From: Candidatus Hermodarchaeota archaeon
GTDB lineage: Archaea > Asgardarchaeota > Heimdallarchaeia > Hodarchaeales > Hodarchaeaceae
Direction: 5' to 3'
NCBI GenBank assembly: GCA_048886185.1
Contig: JBHLKY010000009.1
Span: 180,001 to 212,000 of the forward strand
Length of the DNA stretch: 32,000 bases
The notes beneath the pieces were generated by a model. It was given only the letters and a program-made list of their open reading frames with translations. It did not search any database and was not told the DNA's origin. Below are positions 18,339-27,440 of the stretch, one piece after another. A program made the position numbers and the translations under genes. The number at the start of each line of letters is the position of its first letter. Position 1 is the first letter of the stretch.

Positions 18339-21104
18339 ATGGGTACACAATGGCATGCAGAGGACATTAATTCACTGTTAAATCAATTGGGGGTGGATGA
18401 TAATGGTTTGTCAGACAATGAAGCTGATAAAAGACTCACACAATATGGTTTTAATGAATTAGAGCATGCAAAAAAAAGACATCCAATTTTCCTCTTTTTT
18501 GAACAATTTAAAGATCCATTAGTTATCATTCTGCTTGTTGCACTTATGATATCAATTTTAATTGGTCTTTTCTCAACTGATGAACACCAGAGAATGGAGT
18601 ACTTTATCGATGCTTTAGCTATATCAGCCATTGTTACTTTTAATGCATTCTTTGGTTTTATCCAAGAGTATAAAGCCGAAAAATCTATCGAAGCTCTAAA
18701 ATCCATGGCTGCTCCCTTTTCCACAGTTATTCGTGAAGGAAAAAAACGACGAATTGAAGCTCAACTTCTTGTTCCTGGAGACATTATTTTGATTGAAGAG
18801 GGGGACAAAATTCCTGCTGATGGGCGATTACTGGAATCACATTCGTTAAGAATTGATGAATCAGCACTCACAGGTGAATCTTTCCCATCTGCAAAGGAAG
18901 CTCAGAGTCAATCCTCTCCCTATGCTTCCGTTGCTGATCGTGAAAACTCAGTATTTAGTGGAACTAGTGTTACAAGAGGCCGCGGCCAAGCTGTTATTGT
19001 TCAGACTGGAATGCAGACTGAATTTGGCAGGATAGCAAAGGGTTTATTGGAAGAAAAGACTGAAGAAACCCCTCTTCAGAAGCGACTGGTTACTTTAGGA
19101 AAGTGGATTGGATTTGCTAGTTTATCAATCTGTAGCATGATTTTCTTCATTGGTGTCTTGTTACAACAAGAGGTGATAGAAATGTTTATTGTTGCAGTTG
19201 GACTAGCTGTAGCAGCTGTTCCAGAAGGATTACCTGCTGTTGTTACTCTTGCGTTAGCACTTGGAGTTCAACGTATGAGTAGGAAGAATGCTATAATCAG
19301 AAGACTTCCCTCAGTTGAAACATTAGGTTCTACAACGGTAATTTGTTCTGATAAAACTGGAACACTCACTCAAAACAAAATGACAGTTCGGAAGATCCTC
19401 GCGGTTGATGAAGAATATCATCTTACTAAGAATATCCCCATTAATGATACGATTAATTTAATTATCACAATTGGTGAGGAATGTAATAACGCACAACTCT
19501 CAGAGTCTAAAGGGGGTATTGACATCGGTGATCCGACGGAAATTGCCCTGTTAAGAGTAGCACAGCGAATACATACTTCTGAGCGGGTAAAATACAAGAG
19601 ATTATTCGAGATTCCTTTTGATTCCAATTCAAAGCGAATGAGTGTTTTAGTTCAGAATCTGCAAGGTGAATATTTTGTATTCACTAAAGGTGCTCCTGAT
19701 GTTTTAATTAATCTATGTACATTTTACCTCTCGAAAGGAGAGATTCTACCACTTGATGACAAAATTCGTGTTCAGTTAGAAGAATCAGAACAGAATCTTG
19801 CGAAAACTGGTTATCGAATGCTTGGTATGGCTTTTAAATCAGTTGATCCTAATGAGGTTGCAGTTGAAAGGGTATTATTATCAGAAGATACCGAAGAGAT
19901 CGAGTCACAATTAGTCTATGTTGGTGCAATGGCTATCATGGATCCTCCTAGAGAGGGTACAAAAGATTCTATCGAAATTTGTAAGAAAGCAGGGATCCGC
20001 CCAATCATGATTACTGGTGATCATTTAAAAACAGCGCTAGCTGTTGCTACTGAGATTGGATTAGTATCTTCGGAAGAATTGGCGAAACCATTTCTTTTTC
20101 TTGAAGGAAATCAATTAGCGCAAATGAGTGATAAAGAATTTACTAATGCTGTTATGGATGTTAATGTGTATGCTCGTGTGTCTCCCGATCACAAACTGAA
20201 AATTGTTTCAGCTTTGAAGGCAAACAATGAAATTGTAGCTATGACTGGGGATGGTGTTAACGATGCTCCTGCCCTAAAACGTGCTGATATTGGTGTTGCT
20301 ATGGGTATTGCAGGAACTGATGTGTCAAAAGAAGCCTCTGATATGATTTTAGCTGATGATGATTTTTCGACTATTGTAGGTGCTGTTCTCGAAGGAAGAA
20401 CAATCTATGATAATATGAGGAAGTTCATTCTTTATCTGCTTTCTTGTAATGCAGGGGAAATAGCAGTTATGTTTTTTGGCATTTTATTGACTTCATTCAT
20501 TTTCCAAACTCCTATCCTCCCCTTACTAGCTATTCAAATTCTCTGGGTTAATTTGGTGACCGATGGACTTCCTGCACTTGCAATGGGGGTCGATCCACCT
20601 GATCCTGACGTGATGATCAGACAACCCCGTAATCCAAAAGAACCAATTTTAACACGGAAGTCTGGTTTTTTTATTTTATACTCGGGGATAATAATCGCAT
20701 TCGGGACTTTGTTGTTGTTTTTCATGTATATGTATTCTGATGTTATCACAGGTCAGGTACCTTCCGAAGATACTCGAATTCACGCTCAAACTATGGCTTT
20801 TACTATGCTGATCATGTTTCAAATGATTATGGCTTTGAATATTCGAAAAGAAGAACACTCTTTACTTGGGAGAGAATTCTTTCGAAACCCATACCTTTTA
20901 CTTGCTATTGGTAGTTCTGTCTTTCTTCACATTATGATTGTGTATATTCCATTCTTCCAACCCTTTTTTAGTACCATTGGACTTAATTTGATAGATTGGA
21001 TTGTGATCATTACTATTGGGAGTATTCTTGTGATAATAGATGAAGTACGAACATTTTTTGCACACAGGGTTCCTCGTTTTCGAAAACTAGCAGGTTATTG
21101 GTGA
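18339..21104 (+). CDS. P-type ATPase, P2A (SERCA-like) Ca2+ transporter
   Basis: TGES, VPEGL, CSDKTGTLT, KGAPD, MITGD, GDGVNDAPALKRADIG; M5 YLLSCNAGE; M6 LWVNLVTDGLPA. Confidence 0.95.
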   Translation: MGTQWHAEDINSLLNQLGVDDNGLSDNEADKRLTQYGFNELEHAKKRHPIFLFFEQFKDPLVIILLVALMISILIGLFSTDEHQRMEYFIDALAISAIVTFNAFFGFIQEYKAEKSIEALKSMAAPFSTVIREGKKRRIEAQLLVPGDIILIEEGDKIPADGRLLESHSLRIDESALTGESFPSAKEAQSQSSPYASVADRENSVFSGTSVTRGRGQAVIVQTGMQTEFGRIAKGLLEEKTEETPLQKRLVTLGKWIGFASLSICSMIFFIGVLLQQEVIEMFIVAVGLAVAAVPEGLPAVVTLALALGVQRMSRKNAIIRRLPSVETLGSTTVICSDKTGTLTQNKMTVRKILAVDEEYHLTKNIPINDTINLIITIGEECNNAQLSESKGGIDIGDPTEIALLRVAQRIHTSERVKYKRLFEIPFDSNSKRMSVLVQNLQGEYFVFTKGAPDVLINLCTFYLSKGEILPLDDKIRVQLEESEQNLAKTGYRMLGMAFKSVDPNEVAVERVLLSEDTEEIESQLVYVGAMAIMDPPREGTKDSIEICKKAGIRPIMITGDHLKTALAVATEIGLVSSEELAKPFLFLEGNQLAQMSDKEFTNAVMDVNVYARVSPDHKLKIVSALKANNEIVAMTGDGVNDAPALKRADIGVAMGIAGTDVSKEASDMILADDDFSTIVGAVLEGRTIYDNMRKFILYLLSCNAGEIAVMFFGILLTSFIFQTPILPLLAIQILWVNLVTDGLPALAMGVDPPDPDVMIRQPRNPKEPILTRKSGFFILYSGIIIAFGTLLLFFMYMYSDVITGQVPSEDTRIHAQTMAFTMLIMFQMIMALNIRKEEHSLLGREFFRNPYLLLAIGSSVFLHIMIVYIPFFQPFFSTIGLNLIDWIVIITIGSILVIIDEVRTFFAHRVPRFRKLAGYW

Positions 21105-21212
21105 AATCTTTTCATTTGTATGTAAATGTGTGATAGTAAATACTTAAAGAGTAATCAGATTTTCTGAAATTTAAACTAAATTTATTACGTTCCAACATTT
21201 GAGAGTGTCAAA

Positions 21213-22712
21213 TTGGTCTCAATATTAAGAACCAGATTTTCTCGAATAGCTAATGTTGTAATATTCTTTGCTTTAGCTTTGTTTCAAATCATAGTTGTAT
21301 CTTGGATAAGCATTAGTCAAGAGGCGAAACCTGAATATCTCGATATCCAGTGGATTACTCAGTGGCACATCTTAGGATTTTATGTATCAATCAATCCAAT
21401 GGCAGACCCACGTTTCACTGGATTATTAGTAGTATTGACCGCTGGATTGCAAATACTCTTATTAGGATTTTTAGTAAATGTAGTATTCTCAAACAAGAAT
21501 ATGGTTCAAATTTTCCCTGAACCGCTATATGGCCCTTCTTATGCCCCTGAAGAGGCACCAATTGTTGATAAAACTGTTGCATTAGTAACAAGGGTCTCGC
21601 AAAAAGCAAAAATTAAAATAAAAAAGATTTTTGTTTATCGTAAAGCAGTACCTAATGCATTTTCACTCGATCTTATACCATTACCTATTTTTCGAAGACC
21701 ATATCTAGTACTCAATACAAATGTTCTGGAGATACTTAATGACAATGAAATTGAAGCCGTTATTGCTCATGAACTTGCTCATGTGAAAAATAGCGATAGT
21801 CTTATCAGGTTGATTTTATCGGTTCCTCGCTTATACCTTAACCTCGTTTATTTATTTATCTACCTTCAAATCGTCACGGGTATATTAGATGCACTTTTTG
21901 ATACCCTAAATCTCGGTATTGCGTTTGAACGGATAATTTTTCTTGGACTTGTGTATTTCATATTAGCCATTTTCACTAAGATAACAGTTCATTTTCTCTC
22001 TTCTGCTAATCATCAGGCTGAATATTTAGCTGATTATTTTGCAGCCAAATTGATTGGACCAGATATACTAATTAACTCCTTGATTCATTTAGGTCAACGT
22101 AGTGAAACAATGCAAGTCCTATCAAGAGAGATTGAGTGGCTTTCCAGTCTCTCAGAGGAGCAAAAGACTTCTAGTAATTTTTTAAGGAGAATCTACCAGC
22201 GGTTTCCAAAAACCCAGTTAAATGAGGATGTAGCTCGTGAAATCGCCCCTAGAATTTTTCTGGAGGAGAAATTTGAAGAATTAATAAGGGATTATGGGAT
22301 TGAGCTGGATTCACCAATCAGATCACAGCTCATTAAGAGTGCTGTTCCTGGATTACTAGAAAAGAGAGCACAATATTTCAGTACATTAGAGAATGATGAA
22401 GCAAAAAAGGCAGATTTCACTCCGAGTGTTCTTAAGGCAAAGACCATTGACTGGCGTCATTTTGATTATAATGCAAGTCAGACACTAGAAGAGGAGGAAA
22501 TTGCGAGCTTTATCCAAACAATTCTTGCTCAACCTGATAAAATGGTATTTGAGCATGAGCTTTTCCAAACTGCTGAGAGGGACAGTGACCATCCAAATTT
22601 TCGGGAAAGAATCCTAACAATTTATCGCACATTCCATTTAAGTCAATATAAGGAAATTCTGGCTGAAGTAACCAAGAAGCAAGAAAACTCTTCCGAGATG
22701 GTTAATTCTTAG
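21213..22712 (+). CDS. Membrane M48 (HtpX/Ste24-like) zinc metalloprotease with an EF-hand-like insertion
   Basis: PNAF, IAHELAH (HEXXH, H186-H190), AEYLAD (E270), DHPNFRERI (H460), several TM helices; loop DYNASQTLEEEE. Confidence 0.88.
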   Translation: MVSILRTRFSRIANVVIFFALALFQIIVVSWISISQEAKPEYLDIQWITQWHILGFYVSINPMADPRFTGLLVVLTAGLQILLLGFLVNVVFSNKNMVQIFPEPLYGPSYAPEEAPIVDKTVALVTRVSQKAKIKIKKIFVYRKAVPNAFSLDLIPLPIFRRPYLVLNTNVLEILNDNEIEAVIAHELAHVKNSDSLIRLILSVPRLYLNLVYLFIYLQIVTGILDALFDTLNLGIAFERIIFLGLVYFILAIFTKITVHFLSSANHQAEYLADYFAAKLIGPDILINSLIHLGQRSETMQVLSREIEWLSSLSEEQKTSSNFLRRIYQRFPKTQLNEDVAREIAPRIFLEEKFEELIRDYGIELDSPIRSQLIKSAVPGLLEKRAQYFSTLENDEAKKADFTPSVLKAKTIDWRHFDYNASQTLEEEEIASFIQTILAQPDKMVFEHELFQTAERDSDHPNFRERILTIYRTFHLSQYKEILAEVTKKQENSSEMVNS

Positions 22713-23590
22713 TCATAGAGGACTTTTTCTAACATTTCGGGGATCGAACGTTCATCAATTGCCATTAAATAGAGTTTAACATTTGCCATTTTTCTTAATT
22801 TACCTAATATAGGAGCGGTGAGCTGGAGTGTCTGTCGTTTAGGAGTGAGGATGATGCGAACATCTTCCATGCGTTTGAGTATAGGCAAAAAATCGATGCC
22901 ACTTGTGGCTAGGAGGTCGGAAATGATGACAAGTGTCTTTTTATAACCAATTTGATGAGAGAACTCTTTCTGTGCTGCTTGTAAAGCAGAAGAGATGTTT
23001 GTTTTTCCTCCAGAGCGAATATTAACTAATTCTCTAATTATATTTAGTGTGGTTATTTTAGAATCTCTAAATCTCTTGATGAACTCTGGATGACTATCAA
23101 ATCCAATTAATGCGATGTCTTTGATGTTGAGCGATAGACTGAATAAAATTGCAGAGAGAATAATGAGTTTCAGATAAATCAACACTGAATGACTTTTATC
23201 GATCAATAACATAATAGATTGTAGTTTTCCTTCTCTTTTATTACAAACAACATGTTGATAAGTAAAGTTAGAGTCCCCTGATAGAAGAAAATTCAAAATT
23301 GTACTCTCTACATCCCACGAGTTTCCTGGAGAATAAGGAATTTTCTTTGGATATTTTGAGCGATCGATTGCATTATATATTCTTTCTGCATGTCTATAAA
23401 GCCTTGGAACGAGTTTTTGGAGTAATAATTGCTTTTCTTCATAAGAAAGATGTTCCTTGATTTGAAAAAATAAGGAATTCGATTCTAATATAAATTCAGC
23501 ATGCGTAAAATCCATTTGCAAGGATTCAGTAACCGCTTTAGGATATAATCCTGCTAAGATCTCAATTGCACGTAAATTCTGAGTATCCAT
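22709..23590 (-). CDS. vWA-domain protein (CoxE-like MoxR partner); frame open without a start codon up to the frameshift site at about 23737
   Basis: Complete MIDAS: LIDKSHS (DxSxS), GGKTN (T), IISD (D); CoxE-like PYSPG..WDVESTI segment. Confidence 0.88.
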   Translation of the reverse strand: MDTQNLRAIEILAGLYPKAVTESLQMDFTHAEFILESNSLFFQIKEHLSYEEKQLLLQKLVPRLYRHAERIYNAIDRSKYPKKIPYSPGNSWDVESTILNFLLSGDSNFTYQHVVCNKREGKLQSIMLLIDKSHSVLIYLKLIILSAILFSLSLNIKDIALIGFDSHPEFIKRFRDSKITTLNIIRELVNIRSGGKTNISSALQAAQKEFSHQIGYKKTLVIISDLLATSGIDFLPILKRMEDVRIILTPKRQTLQLTAPILGKLRKMANVKLYLMAIDERSIPEMLEKVLYD

Positions 23591-23710
23591 TGCTTGTTGT
23601 GCGAATGTTAAGGCAGTTTCTGTGTTTAATTTATCTTGTAACTGAAACTCATAGATTTGTTCAAGTAAATAGCTGGAATAATTTACATCATGACTTACTT
23701 GCAGCTGAAA

Positions 23711-23743
23711 GGCGGGATCAATGTCCCGCCCTAAGATTTTTTT
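23711..23743 (-). other. Candidate -1 programmed ribosomal frameshift signal (slippery heptamer + stem-loop)
   Basis: Minus strand TCA AAA AAA TCT TAG GGCGGGA CATTGA TCCCGCC: A_AAA_AAA in XXXYYYZ phase (23743-23737), 6-nt spacer, perfect 7-bp stem with 6 G-C pairs; the -1 frame is the vWA frame. Confidence 0.75.
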
Positions 23744-24585
23744 GAAAAAGAAGGGAAAAAGATTGGCTCCGCAATTTCTAGCAGACTATCCTCAAGAGAA
23801 TTATTAATATCTGGATGTAACTTCACTTTACCCGAGTAAACAGCATATATAGCAGGGAATACAACATCACGAACAAGTGGCCGATTTGACAAGAGTTGAG
23901 TCAGTTGGATTGCAGCCCGTACACTTGCACCTGTTTCAAAATTAGCTGATGACCGTGTCTGATCTGTAAAGTGAACTATTTTTGTTATTAAATCCTCATC
24001 AGAGCAGTTTGTACGTAGTTGGACAATTTTTCTAGCTTCGTAACCAGATTTATGCTTAAGAGGGATTAAGATGCATCTGTCAAAAAAAGCTTCAGGTAAC
24101 GGATTTGTACCTATATATTCGATAGGATTTCGTGCAAATAGAGAATAAAATTCTGCTTTTGCTTTAATATGTCCGAGCTGGGGAACTTCTATTTGTCTCT
24201 CATCTAGTGCAGATAAAACACCATTTATGGATTCACTTGGGGCACGATTGACCTCATTGAAGAAAAATAATCCTCCCTGTTTCATGGCATTTACTAGGGG
24301 GCCAGGGATATAGCTTTCTTCCCCAAAACCTGTTTTCATGACCAAAGGAGGATCGAACCATCCTCTTAAATGAGTAATTGTAAGGTTCTCATCACCATCC
24401 ACCCTAAAAAGGGGTCTATTGAGAGCTTTTGCAATCGTTTTGGCCAATTCAGTTTTCCCTGTCCCAGATTCCCCCTCAATTATTACAGCAATTTGACTAT
24501 CAATTGCTGCTAAGATTAACTGAATCTCTTTATCAAGTCCAACCAAATTTTTTTGGCAAGTTCTTAGAAGATCTTCGAGATCCAT
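23731..24585 (-). CDS. MoxR-family AAA+ ATPase (CoxD/CbbQ-like)
   Basis: Walker A GESGTGKT, FRVDG, GPLVNAM, variant Walker B FFFNEVNR, NPIEYIGTNPLPEAFFDRC (sensor 1 and Arg finger), GASVRAAI. Confidence 0.92.
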   Translation of the reverse strand: MDLEDLLRTCQKNLVGLDKEIQLILAAIDSQIAVIIEGESGTGKTELAKTIAKALNRPLFRVDGDENLTITHLRGWFDPPLVMKTGFGEESYIPGPLVNAMKQGGLFFFNEVNRAPSESINGVLSALDERQIEVPQLGHIKAKAEFYSLFARNPIEYIGTNPLPEAFFDRCILIPLKHKSGYEARKIVQLRTNCSDEDLITKIVHFTDQTRSSANFETGASVRAAIQLTQLLSNRPLVRDVVFPAIYAVYSGKVKLHPDINNSLEDSLLEIAEPIFFPSFSKKS

Positions 24586-24615
24586 TATATCATCCCAAGA
24601 TAAATGGTGAATAAT

Positions 24616-26589
24616 CTAGTCAAGCTCGAGAAGTGATTTTTTCAGTGTGACTTGTCCTGAATCTTCATTGAACTCGATCCACCCCTCAGTTTCGAGCTCC
24701 TTCAACAAGCGTGTAGCAAATACATTTTGAATTGCGACAGTTTTGGCAAGTTCTTTTAGAGTGGCTTGTTGGATATCCTGAAGTACGAAGAGTATTGCAT
24801 ATTTTGGATTCTTAGCAAGATTGATCCTTAATGTTTCAACGGCCGTCATCAGATTCGCTGACTTTTCTTCCAACTTCTTCTTTGTATTATTTAAAGTTGA
24901 AATTTCATCATCTTTCTCTTTTAACTCAGTTTCGTTACCTTTTATTCTTTTATCAAGTCTTTCCTTCTCTGCATTAGAATCGTTAAGTTGGGTTCTAAGA
25001 TCCTTTATTATATCTTCAAACTTATCGTGTTCACGTAGATTCTCAGCCTGTTTAGATCGGAAATCATCAACTTTATGGGTAATTTCTTCATGCTTTTGTC
25101 TCAAAACATCTAGGTCTTTTTGTTTCTCTTCTAATTCACGATCTTTTGTACCTACTTGAGTCTTAAGATCTAATAGTGATGTTTGCTGCTTTTCGTACTC
25201 AATTTTAAGGTTTGCAAAGGATTCTCTTAATTCATCTCTATCAGATTCTATTGCATAGATACGTTCTTTTTTACTTTTCAAATCTGTTTCTAAGTCTTTT
25301 ATCTGAGCTTCTAAAGATCGATTAGTATTTAGAAGGCTTTCAGTTAAATCTTGAGAATTTTCTAATTTTTCTTGCGCTTCATTTATTTCAGTTAGTTTTT
25401 CATTGAATTCTTGTTTTTGGGTTGTAATTTCTAGAGTCAAAACCTCAAAATCTTGTTTTATCTGTTTATATTCTTGTTTAAGAATAATTAACTGCTCTGA
25501 GAGTTGTTTAGATTCTTTCTCGCTCCTTTCTACTCTAAGAAGTAGTTCTCTATTCTCATCTTCTCTTTTTTCTAGAGCTCGTTGTGTTTCATCTAATTTA
25601 TTACGAACAACAATCGCTTCTTGGCTTGTTTCCCCTGAATCTAATAATAAATCCTCATTTTCTTGTTCTAATCTTGATATCTGTTCTCTTAACTGATTTA
25701 AGTTGATTTCCATATTCTGAATTTGTTTTGTCAATTGGTTTATTTTTTCTACCTGCGTCTGTATTTTACCCTCAAAAGCTGTCTTTTGCTCTTCCAACTT
25801 GAATCTATGATTATCTTTTAATGTATCAATTTCATTTTGAAGGCCATCAATAGTTTCTTTTAGTTTGACATTTTGTTCTGAGTGAGAACTTAGAATTTTT
25901 ACCTCTGATTTCAAGTTTTCGATTTCAATATTCTTCTCTGATGTTAATGTCTCAATTTCGTTATCCTTATTCCCTAATACTTCTTGAAGCTGCTCTATTT
26001 CAAGGCGTGCTGACATTAATGCATTACCAACGGTTTCAAAATCAGTTTCCATCTTTTCACGCTCTTGAATAGCTTTTTTTGATTCACGTTGAGCTTCATC
26101 AACAGCTTCTTGGAGGCGATTTATGTCCTCAATTTGTGATGTAACTTTCCCTGAGTCAATTCCAGACTGGTTCTGCAATTCTGCAATTTGTGTTTCTTTC
26201 TCTTCCAGTAATATATGCAGATCATCAATCTTCATTTCTAAGGCTTCTATTTCGGAGATTTTTTCTTTCAACAATTGATTTTCTTTCTGGAGTTGTTCAA
26301 ACTCAGTATTTGTAATTAATGTAACCTCTGAATCAAGTAGCTCGAGGTTATCTACCCCTTTGAGCCCTATTTTCGAGAATTCCGTATGAGCTGCTTTGTT
26401 AATAATCTGCATCTTTTGTTTAAGTTTTTCAACTAAATCTTCTACATCAGCTATTGAATAATATGATTTGGGAAATTGTTGTAGTGTTTTAATCGCAGAT
26501 TTTGCTTCTGATGATATTTCTTGACTCAGGCGACGCTCCTGTTGTGCAATATTTTGAATAAAGACAAGTTTGGGGTTCTTGCTTGACAA
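24616..26589 (-). CDS. Long coiled-coil protein with C-terminal winged-helix domain
   Basis: About 500 aa of continuous E/K/Q/L heptad-like sequence, then PKYAILFVLQDIQQATLKELAKTV...ATRLLKELETEGWIEFNEDSGQVTL (wHTH pattern). Confidence 0.8.
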   Translation of the reverse strand: MSSKNPKLVFIQNIAQQERRLSQEISSEAKSAIKTLQQFPKSYYSIADVEDLVEKLKQKMQIINKAAHTEFSKIGLKGVDNLELLDSEVTLITNTEFEQLQKENQLLKEKISEIEALEMKIDDLHILLEEKETQIAELQNQSGIDSGKVTSQIEDINRLQEAVDEAQRESKKAIQEREKMETDFETVGNALMSARLEIEQLQEVLGNKDNEIETLTSEKNIEIENLKSEVKILSSHSEQNVKLKETIDGLQNEIDTLKDNHRFKLEEQKTAFEGKIQTQVEKINQLTKQIQNMEINLNQLREQISRLEQENEDLLLDSGETSQEAIVVRNKLDETQRALEKREDENRELLLRVERSEKESKQLSEQLIILKQEYKQIKQDFEVLTLEITTQKQEFNEKLTEINEAQEKLENSQDLTESLLNTNRSLEAQIKDLETDLKSKKERIYAIESDRDELRESFANLKIEYEKQQTSLLDLKTQVGTKDRELEEKQKDLDVLRQKHEEITHKVDDFRSKQAENLREHDKFEDIIKDLRTQLNDSNAEKERLDKRIKGNETELKEKDDEISTLNNTKKKLEEKSANLMTAVETLRINLAKNPKYAILFVLQDIQQATLKELAKTVAIQNVFATRLLKELETEGWIEFNEDSGQVTLKKSLLELD

Positions 26590-26712
26590 GCTCTACTACC
26601 TTCTTTTAATAATTGAAATATATTGAGGATTGGTAATATTCTTGTAAAGTTTTCAACTAAATTGATTCTGGCTATTTGGGGAACAATTTGTATTTGATAT
26701 ATTTAATATGTT

Positions 26713-27297
26713 TTATATGGTAGTTTCCATGTCTTTCTCTGAATCTTGGGGTTTTAAATTTTCATTCAGCGAATTTAGCTCCTTTTCGAATTCACGATAA
26801 CGTCCTTGGTACAAATTTGCTAGAGCTAAATCTAAAAGTGACGTTTTACTTTCAGGTTCATAACCTAATATGCTTAATAACTTAAAATTGATTTGTTGAA
26901 AGCGTTTCAGTAAATTTGGAAGTTGTTCCAAGTTCTTATTTACAGCATCAAGCATCTTGAGAGCACTTATCTCACAAGTAGTAAGATTCTGAGTAAATGA
27001 TTCCACTTGAGGTTGAAGAACGACTCGTAACCGATAACGGATCTCATCTTTACTTATCGTGGTTTCTTGAGCCAGAATTTCAGCCCATTCAAGAATTGTC
27101 TCAAAATTCCTTAATCCATTCTTCTCCAGTTTAATCCAGTTTAAAACTGTCTCCAATGCATCCTCAACTGTTGCTAATTGTTTATATAATTCATCACGAT
27201 CGATTAAAGACTGGTCTTTAAGGAGATTTAATGAATTGTGTAATTCAGTTAAGTATTTTTGGTAATCCTTTTCTTTTTGTTCATGTGAAGCAGTCAT
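26713..27297 (-). CDS. Hypothetical all-alpha-helical protein
   Basis: Open frame with amphipathic helical composition, co-oriented with its neighbours. Start chosen at the ATG at 27297 (MTASHEQ); upstream in-frame ATGs extend to 27315. Confidence 0.7.
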   Translation of the reverse strand: MTASHEQKEKDYQKYLTELHNSLNLLKDQSLIDRDELYKQLATVEDALETVLNWIKLEKNGLRNFETILEWAEILAQETTISKDEIRYRLRVVLQPQVESFTQNLTTCEISALKMLDAVNKNLEQLPNLLKRFQQINFKLLSILGYEPESKTSLLDLALANLYQGRYREFEKELNSLNENLKPQDSEKDMETTI

Positions 27298-27440
27298 TTT
27301 CATCTCTTCTCTCATAGAATGTTTAGGAAACGGGATAGAGAAAGGCTTTTCTTTTCTAGAGTTAATACAGAGCTAGCAGTTTTAAAGGTATTCTTAAAGG
27401 GCCCTCTTCCAACTCATTTTATATTAGACATAAAAGCTTT

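Noticed and set aside
22709-22712. Overlapping convergent stop codons of the M48 and vWA genes
   Set aside because: Common in compact genomes; not informative alone.
23708-23730. Reading the GC hairpin after moxR as an intrinsic terminator
   Set aside because: Only three U follow it, it lies inside an open frame continuous with vWA, and its spacing fits a frameshift stimulator better; not fully excluded.
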